From the NCBI GenBank assembly GCA_002722695.1, contig PBMS01000029.1, positions 5,724 to 69,723 of the forward strand: DNA of 64,000 nt. The letters run 5' to 3'. The translations under genes and the position numbers were made by a program. Below the pieces are notes generated by a model, which made no database searches, was not told where the DNA came from, and worked only from the letters and a program-made list of their open reading frames with translations. This document shows positions 37,172 through 46,557 of this stretch, in pieces; position 1 is the first letter of the stretch, and the number at the start of each line of letters is the position of its first letter. This stretch comes from Methanobacteriota archaeon. Lineage in GTDB: Archaea; Thermoplasmatota; Poseidoniia; Poseidoniales; Poseidoniaceae.

Positions 37172-38479
37172 TCACGACAGGGGGCGGCCAACAGCGAAAC
37201 ACTGCCAACCCAACTTTTGCAACCCGTCCAAGTCCAACACACGACGACCGTCATAGACTCGAGGTGCGTTCATCTGTTGGCCGAGCGCTTCCCAATCAAG
37301 GTCAACACACGCTTTGTGTGCTGTCACCAATACAGCGAGATCGTGATTTTTTGCCATGGTAAGGTCCTCGACCACCTCGATCGAGGCAGGAAAAGTTTCA
37401 GGATCAATATGAGGGTCGTAAACGCTGACGGCGATGCCACGTTGGTGCAAGGCTTCAGCCAACGGTTCAGCCGGTGTTTCCCGAGGGTCGCCCACTTCGG
37501 CTTTGTACGACCAACCAAGGAAGAGCACCTTCGTAGATTCCGCCGACAGCCCAGCCTTCCACAGGATGTCGACCAGGACCTGCGCGACATGGTTGGGCAT
37601 GGAGCGGTTGACCGCCCGAGCAGCGGTGATGAGCCCTGCAGGCACACCAACGTCGCTGGCTCGCTGAATCATGTAGTACGGGTCAACGGGAATGCAGTGG
37701 CCGCCCACCCCGACGCCAGGCGTGTAGCGATGGAAGTTCCACTTTGTTGCAGCAGCAGACAACACGTCCTCGACGTCCACGTCCATGGCGGGGAAAATAC
37801 GAGCCAGTTCATTGACGAGCGCGATGTTGATGTCGCGTTGCACGTTCTCAATGACCTTCGCTGCCTCAGCAACTTCAAGTTTTCCAACGTAGCGAACGTC
37901 CTCGCTCGTGAGTTGGCTGTAAAGTTGCACAAGGGCGTCGCCCACTTCAGGGTTGGAACAACCGACGACGCGAGCCACTGAACGCACGCCGTGGGCGGCG
38001 TCGCCGGGGTTGAATCGTTCGGGACAATACGCGATTTCAACATCGACGCCGATCTCTAGACCCAAATCCTCAATGAGAGGCAACCAAGTCTGAGCCGTTA
38101 CGCCGGGGTAGACCGTGGATTCGAGCACAACGATGGTGTTGGAACCTCGGGGTATTGACTCAAACACCGCTTTACCGGCCGCCTTGACATACGATAAATC
38201 AGGCTTGAGGTCGTGTGTTATGGGTGTTGGAACAGTCACAAGCACGATGTCGCATTGTGGAACGGCTTCCGCTGTGGAGGTGGTGATGTGCCAGCGTTCG
38301 CTGGCCGGCTGTGGGACGATGTCGTCGACATCAGGATCGCCCGTCGGGTTCTTTCCCGCTTTGACCGTGTCAACGGTGCGCTGCGAGACGTCAACGCCCC
38401 ACACGGTGAACCCGGCATCGTGAAACCCAATGGCCGTAGGCAAACCGACGTATCCAAGTCCGATGACGCCGATGGTCAT
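37172..38479 (-). CDS. Nucleotide-sugar 6-dehydrogenase (UDP-glucose/UDP-ManNAc dehydrogenase family)
   Basis: N-terminal Rossmann IGVIGLGYVGLPTA. Family-typical central and C-terminal domains. Confidence 0.8.
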   Translation of the reverse strand: MTIGVIGLGYVGLPTAIGFHDAGFTVWGVDVSQRTVDTVKAGKNPTGDPDVDDIVPQPASERWHITTSTAEAVPQCDIVLVTVPTPITHDLKPDLSYVKAAGKAVFESIPRGSNTIVVLESTVYPGVTAQTWLPLIEDLGLEIGVDVEIAYCPERFNPGDAAHGVRSVARVVGCSNPEVGDALVQLYSQLTSEDVRYVGKLEVAEAAKVIENVQRDINIALVNELARIFPAMDVDVEDVLSAAATKWNFHRYTPGVGVGGHCIPVDPYYMIQRASDVGVPAGLITAARAVNRSMPNHVAQVLVDILWKAGLSAESTKVLFLGWSYKAEVGDPRETPAEPLAEALHQRGIAVSVYDPHIDPETFPASIEVVEDLTMAKNHDLAVLVTAHKACVDLDWEALGQQMNAPRVYDGRRVLDLDGLQKLGWQCFAVGRPLS

Positions 38480-38653
38480 GTCGGCGTTTGAGTCCAGCGA
38501 AGCAAAGCGCTGACTCCATCCCATGTGCTATCCGAATCGGTTCATGTTATCAACTCAACCTATCAATGGACGGTGGAATATGCAAAACACCGAACGAATC
38601 CCCTCTCCGTTGAGGAACGGTCCGGTTTAGTCATATAGGAACGAAACGAGGCT

Positions 38654-39514
38654 ATGTCGATGGGGCAGAATGGTCCAACCACCCCCGTGCTCCGCCAAAT
38701 TGGGGTAAAATCAAATCCACTTCTTGCGCCCATAAACACGCTGAAAGAAGTCCGTTCGAATCGATTCCTGGTGCGGAATCTCATTCGACGTGATGTGCGA
38801 GGTCGCTATCGAAACGCTGCTCTCGGATACGCTTGGACGGTGATTGAACCTGCCTTGCTGGCCTCTGTTTACTGGTTTCTGTTCATCATGCTCAGTGGGA
38901 ATCCTGACGAAATGTACGCCGTTTGGGTGCTGTTGGGAGTGATTGTTTGGGGCTCTTTTTCAAAATCCTTGAACGCCGCAACGAATTCCCTGACCGGCAA
39001 TGTACGTACGATGCATCTTGTTTTCTTCCCGAGATCGATATTCCCCGTTTCTGGTGTTGGTGCTAACATCGTCGTCACAATGATGAGTTGTTTGATCATC
39101 CTCCCTCTTCTCTACATCTACGAATTACCAATCACAATCCACCTGGTCTGGATCCCCATCGGCGTGTTGTTGGCCGGGTTTATGGCGCTCGGTTTTGGCA
39201 TGATGATGGCGCCTCTGAATTGTGTTCAAAGGGATGTCCAGCATCTGATTCGTTTCATCACGCGTGCTGGCTTTTTCGTGTCCCCTGTGATGTGGACAGC
39301 AGAAATGGCAATGGAGCGCGGGGCTTGGGGCGAAGCTGCCCTATGGAACCCGATGGTACTACCAATCACGATGGTTCGTCATGCCCTCGAAGGGAAGAGC
39401 GTTGAATTACCGGATTCGATTGTAATTTCAAGTCTCGTGGTTTCGTTTCTGATCTACGTCGTCGGGACGATGATTTTCTCAAAATACGAGCGTGGGGCGG
39501 TGAAGTATCTATGA
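38654..39514 (+). CDS. ABC-2 type polysaccharide/teichoic-acid exporter permease (Wzm/TagG-like)
   Basis: Six predicted TM helices. The N-terminal RFLVRNLIRRDVRGRYRNAALGYAWTVIEP matches the ABC-2 signature. Confidence 0.7.
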   Translation: MSMGQNGPTTPVLRQIGVKSNPLLAPINTLKEVRSNRFLVRNLIRRDVRGRYRNAALGYAWTVIEPALLASVYWFLFIMLSGNPDEMYAVWVLLGVIVWGSFSKSLNAATNSLTGNVRTMHLVFFPRSIFPVSGVGANIVVTMMSCLIILPLLYIYELPITIHLVWIPIGVLLAGFMALGFGMMMAPLNCVQRDVQHLIRFITRAGFFVSPVMWTAEMAMERGAWGEAALWNPMVLPITMVRHALEGKSVELPDSIVISSLVVSFLIYVVGTMIFSKYERGAVKYL

Positions 39515-40230
39515 CAGAAACGAGCATCAGCCTTCAGGACATCGTCCTTCATTTCCCAAAGCAGCGGAATATTTTCGGGATTATCTCGGACTTTTTCCGT
39601 AAAAAAATACGGCGGTTCACTGCACTAAGCGGTGTAAATTTGCACATTAAGCAGGGCGAAGTGGTTGGAATAATCGGACGAAACGGTTCCGGAAAATCCA
39701 CACTCCTTAGAGTGATATCGGGTATTTACCCTCCTGACGAAGGCATGGTTCATGCTGCGGGAGACATCTCCTTGCTTGCAGGTCTAGGAACAGGGTTCTC
39801 TCCGCATCAAACGGGACGAGAAAACGCTTTGCTGTACGGCTCAATACTCGGCCACAGTGAAGAAGAAATGTTGTCCAAGCTGGATGAAATTATTGAATTT
39901 AGTGAACTGGGTTCGTTTATTGATGAGCCGCTGAGAACGTACTCAGCAGGAATGAAAGCCCGTTTGGGCCTGGCCGTCGCTTCTGCGATTAAACCGAACA
40001 TCCTTCTCATCGACGAGGTCTTGGGTGTGGGAGATCCAAATTTTCGAGAGAAATCCAAAAATAAAATTCTCGCAATGGTGAAGGGAGCCAGTACCGTTGT
40101 TATCGTATCCCACAGCTTTGGTTTGATGACCGACGTGTGCGATCGCGTCGTCCTTTTGGACCGAGGAAAAATCATTGCTGAGGGTGACCCGCAAACATCG
40201 ATCAAAGCGTATTACGATTTGGAGGAATGA
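39511..40230 (+). CDS. ABC transporter ATP-binding protein (Wzt/TagH-like)
   Basis: Walker A GRNGSGKST, ABC signature YSAGMKARL and Walker B ILLIDE. Confidence 0.8.
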   Translation: MTETSISLQDIVLHFPKQRNIFGIISDFFRKKIRRFTALSGVNLHIKQGEVVGIIGRNGSGKSTLLRVISGIYPPDEGMVHAAGDISLLAGLGTGFSPHQTGRENALLYGSILGHSEEEMLSKLDEIIEFSELGSFIDEPLRTYSAGMKARLGLAVASAIKPNILLIDEVLGVGDPNFREKSKNKILAMVKGASTVVIVSHSFGLMTDVCDRVVLLDRGKIIAEGDPQTSIKAYYDLEE

Positions 40231-41420
40231 ACGCAATGCCAACGCCGCGTAATGCAATGACGGCGAGAGAACGTCAACTGAGCGATGAACTAAACAGAAT
40301 CCGGTCAACATACTCTTTCAACCTCGGACTTCTGTTGACCGAGGCTCTCTTCAGAAAACCTTGGAAAATTCCTCTGCTCCCACTGTCGTTCGTCTTGTTC
40401 AACATCCGATACATCAAGCAAGGAAGAGTAAAAAAACTGCACATCGAAGAAAACTCAATCGAACTTGATGAAAACGTATTGATGCTCATCTCCACAACTG
40501 AAGAGGGCACGGCATCATTGGAACGGTGTGCGATTCTTGCAACAGAGTGGCTGAATGAACCTGAACGTAAGGTCGTGATCGTCAGTCCTCACGAAGACTA
40601 CCCGGGATTCTTACCGAAAAAAGCGGTGATGTATCCCATAAAAGATCCAAAGCTCTTGCACAAACAAAAACGGTCAGAGTGGAACGCATTGTGCGAGAAT
40701 CTGATCTCAAATATTCTTGAGTCGCATCGCCCGCAGCACGCAATTTTTGATGGGCCTTACCCCTATCGAGGAGTCTTAAACTCAATCAAGTCATTTCCGT
40801 CGGCCACATGGGTTTGGTTTCGACCCGAGGGGATCGACAACAGCACCCTCTTGACGCAATCCGAACATTTTACAAAAACGGAACGTTTCTCCATCTCAGA
40901 CAGACCCGGTGTGGCAATGCACGAATCGAGGAGATTACCTGTCAAAAAAGAATGGAAACGAATCTTACTCGACGCCCGAACGTATGGATCACACACGATG
41001 AAGCACGATGTGAAAATGCACAACATCTACAACGAGTTGGGGAACGACATCACTGTCGTTCACCCCTACGATGCAAATGCAATGGGTGGAGAAATCACAT
41101 CGGTGCTTTCTGAACAATCTCTTGAACACTTGATGGGGGCCGTCGTTCCTGCAAATCTAGAGATTGTTGCTGCCATGATGGCCGCAAATCTACCAACCCT
41201 GTGCATCCACACCGACGATACAAATCCCGCCACTTTAGCTGACCTGCGAAAGGGCTCGGCCCGTTGTCCGGTGATGTTTTGTCATGAACGGGACACGGTT
41301 CAGATTTTGCATTGTTTGACGACGCTGGTGAGAGACAACAACGCTATGAGAGAATGTTCCAACAGCGTGAAAAAAAGAAATTGGGTTTCTCAAATCATTC
41401 CGTCGCTTCATAAAGATTGA
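40227..41420 (+). CDS. GT-B-fold glycosyl/glycerophospho-transferase-like protein, paralog of 45208..46557
   Basis: It shares the N-terminal R..S..F.LG.LLT.A..RPW.I..LP motif with the 45208..46557 protein. Overall family is unclear. Confidence 0.35.
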   Translation: MNAMPTPRNAMTARERQLSDELNRIRSTYSFNLGLLLTEALFRKPWKIPLLPLSFVLFNIRYIKQGRVKKLHIEENSIELDENVLMLISTTEEGTASLERCAILATEWLNEPERKVVIVSPHEDYPGFLPKKAVMYPIKDPKLLHKQKRSEWNALCENLISNILESHRPQHAIFDGPYPYRGVLNSIKSFPSATWVWFRPEGIDNSTLLTQSEHFTKTERFSISDRPGVAMHESRRLPVKKEWKRILLDARTYGSHTMKHDVKMHNIYNELGNDITVVHPYDANAMGGEITSVLSEQSLEHLMGAVVPANLEIVAAMMAANLPTLCIHTDDTNPATLADLRKGSARCPVMFCHERDTVQILHCLTTLVRDNNAMRECSNSVKKRNWVSQIIPSLHKD

Positions 41421-44400
41421 CCGATGAAAGCAAACCGACGTCCCTTTCTGTCATCGGCAGTGCGAAATTGGAAAGTCGGTTTTTTGTGAAGGCCCTGTAC
41501 TTCTCCGGAATCATCTCAAGAGAAACGGGCAGGTAATGCTCAAGGAAGGTCCAATCCCTGTCAAGGTGGCGGTTTAAGTGTGGAAATTCATCAACCACCT
41601 TCAGTCCATCTTTTGATACCCCTCCATGTTTAATTGAATAGAGCGTACTTGCTGCTTGTTTCAATGGCTCTTTTTGCAAGAAGGTGGTTATTTCATTGCT
41701 CATTGCAAACGGCAACCCTTGCAAAGTGTTTTTTCTGAAACATTTCCAACAGGTTCCGCAAACCTGACCGGGACGGGAGGAACGAAGGCACGACTGTGCC
41801 CATCCGTCCCACCCCGAAGCCGTAACAATGTTGAGATTGACCACTTCCGAACAACCTGCAACCGGCTGGTACAGCGAAAGTCCGACGGCGTCAAACATTG
41901 GCGCATAGTGCTTCCAAAACCAAGATTGTTGGAAATCGCGATATTTGTACCCGTGAAAAAGGTATGAGTTTTCCAGCGGCATCCCTGTGCCTATGCTGTC
42001 CAATCCAAAATAATCAGCAAGGAGAATGGCCTGCACAGCGCATGCATAATCTGTTGAGAATCCTGCAGACTTTCCTTGATGTCGCCTTAATTCTTCATGG
42101 TTTGAAGGGATGCAATGAACGATTCTGCCAGTATCTGTTCTGATTTTATCAAAGAATCGAAAAGCGTTGGTGTGATCCAGCTGACCTGAAATGCCGGTTC
42201 GTTCATTGTAGAGCAGCACCGTATCCTCCGGCATAAGTGCCATAGCGGCAGCAGAATCTATCCCGCCAGAAAATGCCAGTCCAGGCCTCCATCCTGGTTC
42301 TCGTGTTGGGTTCCAATGTTCCATTGCTGACTTGTCCCAAGGCTCAACAAGAAGATGGTGGGCGAGTTGAAACAAGTCAGGGTGTGTATCATCAATGGAC
42401 CAGTCCATTGGCATTTGGAAGTACACTTCATGTTCTTTCCATTTCAAAACAAGCAAGTCTCCAGCGGTGGACCAGTGATCACCAACGATGTATCGATCTT
42501 GATCTCCTTTCGTGCCCGAACCACGACCGTCAAGATACTTCGCAAGCTCCTGTTGAGTCGATTTGCTCGTCCGAGTTAAATCGGGCAATTCATGTGACGG
42601 CATGAGTTCGGTTGACCATTTGCTTTCGTCTCGAAAACGAGCGCTGAGTTTGATTGCCTCGCTGTTGTTTTGGGAGGCCATCTGAACAACAACATAGTAT
42701 CCTATTTTCCCAGAGGATATCTTGGATTGAAGAGTCCCATCCAACTCAAATTCATTCCTGAGTTTCAGATGAACGTTTGAGGCAACTCGAGAGGAACCAT
42801 AGGGGCCAAGCACAAGGGACTTGATGGGACCGTTGAGCACAAGACGGCTGAGTTGGAGGGTTGAATCGCAAGCCAATGCATCCAATTCCCAACGTAGCAT
42901 GGGTGGAAATACGTCGTTTGAGATTCCTAATCGCCCAAACACATGGTCCAAACGCACGGAGTAATCCGTTGGATTTTCTCGCAGAACCGTTGCGAAACGC
43001 CGTGCGTCGGTTTCATCCACTATGATATCGACGCGTTCATCGAGTCCCGAGCGCCGGATCGATCGATTGACGCAATAAATCGTGTTGTTGTCTTGTTGAT
43101 CCTTGTTGACCGTGGACGTGTTGCTCTTGTGCTGCCTGTAGAGATACAGTGGTGTTTGCAGATGATACCCAGCGGTAATTTCAGACAGTTTCAGAAAAAA
43201 GTCATAATCCACAGCGTTGGTTATTGACTCGTCAAAGCCGCCTGAACGATTGAAATCACGCCTTCTAAACATTCGAGGATGATGAATCATCATGCCCTTC
43301 ATGAGGCGCTTTCGGCTGTATATCGCCCACGAATATGCCGGCCCCATCGAAGCTCCATGCTCATCAATAAGAAAAGAATCTCCGTACACAAATCCAACAT
43401 TCGAATTGTTCTGCAGAAACACCGAGAGCAATTTGTCTGCTGCCGATGGAAGAAGGACATCATCGCCGTCAAGCTGCAGTATGAACTCACCACGACCAGC
43501 ACGAATCGCTGCGTTTGATGCACTGGAGATTCCTTTGTTCTCCTGATGCAGGATGATGACTCGTTCGTTCCCTGAATACAATCGGTCGATCAACTCGCCC
43601 GTACCATCTGTCGATCCATCGTTGCATACAATTACTTCAAGGTCCGTCATGGTTTGGTTCAGAGCACTATCGACCGCCTCCTGAATAAAGTCCACACAGT
43701 TGTAAGCTGGGATGTATACGGTTAATCGAGGGACTTCATAGACTCGTCCTGGTTCAAATTTTCTGTACATTGCGGGACATTTTTCGACGAGTTGGTTTCG
43801 TGTGATCTCCTTCCCTGACTCACGGTCTGTCTCGTTTGATCCACCCGGTGGCTCTTGATGGAGGGCTTCAGCCCCCTCGACAGGTATGAACCACGCCCCG
43901 TGCCGATAAAGTCGATAGCCGTATTCCTGGTCCTCTGCTCCCCATGCAGTGAAGGTTTCGTCAAATCCACCGACGGATTCATGCAACTGGCGATCGATGC
44001 AAAGATTGCCACCACAGAGCCATCGAAACGCGTATTGAGCACTCTTTGCTTGCTCGGTTTCATGGTAGAATTTGTATCTCCAGTCTTCGCTCGGAGCTTC
44101 ATCGCCCACGGGTCCGCGTCCGGTGTCAACGCGTTGAGTGGGTAAATCGAGGACAGTTTCAATGTTCTCCAGAACGTCTTGAATCGAAAGGTCGTCGGTG
44201 TTTACATATCTTCGGCCGCCGATCAATACTGCCTTTTTTGACACATGCATGTACTTCATGAACGATTCAACCAGAGTTGGTTCGGGCAACATGTCGCAGT
44301 CAAGGATAATAATGCAGTCGTTGCTTGCTTCACGTACGCCCAAATTTCTGATTTCGCTCAATCGATAACCTAAATCTTCCTGAAAAACATGTTTGATGGG

Positions 44401-44685
44401 AAAAAAGTCCTTGAAAAGAGGAATGAGCGACTCCGGTGAATCGGATGAGCCGTCGTCCGCTATAACAATCTCAATCAGAGAAAGTGGATAACTGGAATGG
44501 GTGAGTGCTGCAATTGTCTTTCCCAGCTTCTCACGACGGTTGTAAACCGGTATAACAACCGAAACCGGTAGTGTGTATTCTGGCCTGCTTCGTGCAGGAA
44601 AGCGCAATTTGACCGCTCGTTGGAACAGAGTCCAATCATTTCCCTGCCCGAGGAGAGGAGGAAGTAATTCGTCGAATTCAAGCAT
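41395..44685 (-). CDS. Multidomain fusion of two tandem GT2 (GT-A) glycosyltransferase domains and a C-terminal PP-loop ATP pyrophosphatase domain (QueC/N-acetyl-sugar amidotransferase-like)
   Basis: GT2 #1 is VSVVIPVYNRREKL...DDGSSD...ILDCD. GT2 #2 is LTVYIPAYNCVDFI...NDGSTDGT...LDGDD. The C-terminal domain carries LAFSGGIDSAAA (SGGxDS) and a QueC-like zinc motif C-x9-CGTCWKC. Confidence 0.6.
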   Translation of the reverse strand: MLEFDELLPPLLGQGNDWTLFQRAVKLRFPARSRPEYTLPVSVVIPVYNRREKLGKTIAALTHSSYPLSLIEIVIADDGSSDSPESLIPLFKDFFPIKHVFQEDLGYRLSEIRNLGVREASNDCIIILDCDMLPEPTLVESFMKYMHVSKKAVLIGGRRYVNTDDLSIQDVLENIETVLDLPTQRVDTGRGPVGDEAPSEDWRYKFYHETEQAKSAQYAFRWLCGGNLCIDRQLHESVGGFDETFTAWGAEDQEYGYRLYRHGAWFIPVEGAEALHQEPPGGSNETDRESGKEITRNQLVEKCPAMYRKFEPGRVYEVPRLTVYIPAYNCVDFIQEAVDSALNQTMTDLEVIVCNDGSTDGTGELIDRLYSGNERVIILHQENKGISSASNAAIRAGRGEFILQLDGDDVLLPSAADKLLSVFLQNNSNVGFVYGDSFLIDEHGASMGPAYSWAIYSRKRLMKGMMIHHPRMFRRRDFNRSGGFDESITNAVDYDFFLKLSEITAGYHLQTPLYLYRQHKSNTSTVNKDQQDNNTIYCVNRSIRRSGLDERVDIIVDETDARRFATVLRENPTDYSVRLDHVFGRLGISNDVFPPMLRWELDALACDSTLQLSRLVLNGPIKSLVLGPYGSSRVASNVHLKLRNEFELDGTLQSKISSGKIGYYVVVQMASQNNSEAIKLSARFRDESKWSTELMPSHELPDLTRTSKSTQQELAKYLDGRGSGTKGDQDRYIVGDHWSTAGDLLVLKWKEHEVYFQMPMDWSIDDTHPDLFQLAHHLLVEPWDKSAMEHWNPTREPGWRPGLAFSGGIDSAAAMALMPEDTVLLYNERTGISGQLDHTNAFRFFDKIRTDTGRIVHCIPSNHEELRRHQGKSAGFSTDYACAVQAILLADYFGLDSIGTGMPLENSYLFHGYKYRDFQQSWFWKHYAPMFDAVGLSLYQPVAGCSEVVNLNIVTASGWDGWAQSCLRSSRPGQVCGTCWKCFRKNTLQGLPFAMSNEITTFLQKEPLKQAASTLYSIKHGGVSKDGLKVVDEFPHLNRHLDRDWTFLEHYLPVSLEMIPEKYRAFTKNRLSNFALPMTERDVGLLSSVNLYEATE

Positions 44686-45223
44686 GGTGGGGGGCTCCTA
44701 AATGCACGTCCAGCGCCGCAAATTTCCTTGGTTCCCCGTTGGATTTGAATTGCTCGCTGATGAAGATTTGAGCCTCGCAATTAAAATGTGCTTCCAAATC
44801 AATCATCAGGGAATGCTCAGCTTCCCGGTCGACATCGTCAACAAGGATGTGTTGTAACTTTGGTAAACGGGTGAGATGATTTAGTATTCCGCTGCGACCG
44901 ATTGAACCCGGCGGACCGTCGATGATGAGTAGGTGTGCTTCCATGGGGAGTTCATCAAAACACGATTCATCGTACCATCCCTCTTCTTTTCGGCTGATGG
45001 ACACAGAATTCGTCACGATCGGGGCAAAGACATAGGTCGACTTGGATTTGTGAAGCCAATCCTCGTTGTGTTCAACGGAATAGAGTTCAAATCGTTCGCT
45101 CAAACGCACGCTGCCGTCTCCACTACCGAATTCAATCACCACTGCTCCTGAGGGTATGCGTTCCTCAATCCATAAAAACGCCTCATTAGGAAGCATCCAT
45201 CCTGCGTTCATGTGTCCACCCAT
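44678..45223 (-). CDS. Putative class I SAM-dependent methyltransferase-like protein
   Basis: VIEFGSGDGS is a glycine-rich motif I-like segment and LLIIDG a motif II/IV-like segment. Weak. Confidence 0.3.
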   Translation of the reverse strand: MGGHMNAGWMLPNEAFLWIEERIPSGAVVIEFGSGDGSVRLSERFELYSVEHNEDWLHKSKSTYVFAPIVTNSVSISRKEEGWYDESCFDELPMEAHLLIIDGPPGSIGRSGILNHLTRLPKLQHILVDDVDREAEHSLMIDLEAHFNCEAQIFISEQFKSNGEPRKFAALDVHLGAPHHA

Positions 45224-46557
45224 TCTGAAAGCACCACCTGCAGAATGCTGGCACCGTTTTCCTGTTCAGAAACTGGGTTGCGTGGCCTTGACAGCAATTC
45301 AGCGACAGCGGTTTCTATTGCGGATTTGGTGCGCTCTCTAACCACCAACCCCCATCCTTCCGCTTCCGCTTGGCGACATCGAGCAAGCTGGTCGTCCATT
45401 CCAGTCGCCATGTTAGGGTAAAACACGGTAGGAATACCGAACTTCCTCATTTCGTGGTACGAGTTGTACCCTCCAGCTTGTACGCTGGCATCAAAGGCAT
45501 TGAAGTACACCGAATTAGGGTAATCTCGAAGCAAGACAACCCGATCAAGGTTCACAGAAAGACGTTCCCCCAGCATGCTTTCACCCAGCACCACGCTGAC
45601 ATTCTCATGAGCGAGAAGGGCGTCGATGGTAAGTCGCACCTCAGAACCAATTTCGTTGATTTGGCCAGCACCCAACTGAACGTACACGACTCTCTCTTCC
45701 AGCCCAAGTCCGAGGCGTTTTCTTGCATCGTTTCGTTGAATCAATTCTCCATGGTCAAGAAGCACCATTGGCGGAACTGATATTGTCTTTACACTGTGTC
45801 CAATTTCTGTTGGTTTCAGAGGAACACTGTCCTCGGGTCGCACGATTAGATCGAAGTGCTCAATTGAGTCTACGGGTATATTGCTCCCTTTCTTGAACAT
45901 CCCTCGTCGAAGCCACACTTTCTTGAGGGAGCGCTGCCCATTGAGCGCGTTTAACATACCACGATATGGAAAGGCTCCATCGTAAACAAACATCGTTGGG
46001 CGATGCTGGGTAAAAACGAGTGAAAGTTGCTCTTCCACCATCGCATTCCATTCGGATGTGGTCATGTTCTTGTGTTTTTTTCTACCCGCAAGGTGGTAGG
46101 TCGGAAATCCATCGTTGTACAACAGATGCAAGGTCGGCATTGTTGTAAAGAACACCACCTCAGATGATGGAAATCGCTTTTTCCACCTCTTGGCAAGAGC
46201 GTACATTCGAGTAAAATGGCCAAACCCGACGCCGTTTGTTGGAAACAGGACAATCGAATCCTTTCGAGGTTGATGCGCTTCTTCATGTTCCCCATCACCG
46301 TAGGGGATTGGGCGTTTACCAATTCGCTCCATGCCGATGCAAAACACAAGATAGGGAACCGTGAATGGAAGGAAAATAATCCTCCAAGGTCTCTGAACAG
46401 CGTTTGTCAGAAGAACACCCAGTCTGAATGGAGCAGAATTCCGAAGTCGCCTGTTCTCACGTTGGTAAAATCCATCCCGCTGAGTTGGCGTGTGAGATTC
46501 GTGTTCGTGGGCTTGATGATCTCCATCCATCACGTCATCAGAGTCGTAATCAATCAT
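45208..46557 (-). CDS. GT-B-fold glycosyltransferase-like protein (MurG/UGT-like G-x-G-H-x-x-R N-terminal motif)
   Basis: FPTNGVGFGHFTRMYALAKRW. The C-terminal YFNAFDASVQAGGYNSYHEMRKFGIPTVFYP resembles the GT28/GT1 C-domain. Confidence 0.45.
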   Translation of the reverse strand: MIDYDSDDVMDGDHQAHEHESHTPTQRDGFYQRENRRLRNSAPFRLGVLLTNAVQRPWRIIFLPFTVPYLVFCIGMERIGKRPIPYGDGEHEEAHQPRKDSIVLFPTNGVGFGHFTRMYALAKRWKKRFPSSEVVFFTTMPTLHLLYNDGFPTYHLAGRKKHKNMTTSEWNAMVEEQLSLVFTQHRPTMFVYDGAFPYRGMLNALNGQRSLKKVWLRRGMFKKGSNIPVDSIEHFDLIVRPEDSVPLKPTEIGHSVKTISVPPMVLLDHGELIQRNDARKRLGLGLEERVVYVQLGAGQINEIGSEVRLTIDALLAHENVSVVLGESMLGERLSVNLDRVVLLRDYPNSVYFNAFDASVQAGGYNSYHEMRKFGIPTVFYPNMATGMDDQLARCRQAEAEGWGLVVRERTKSAIETAVAELLSRPRNPVSEQENGASILQVVLSEWVDT

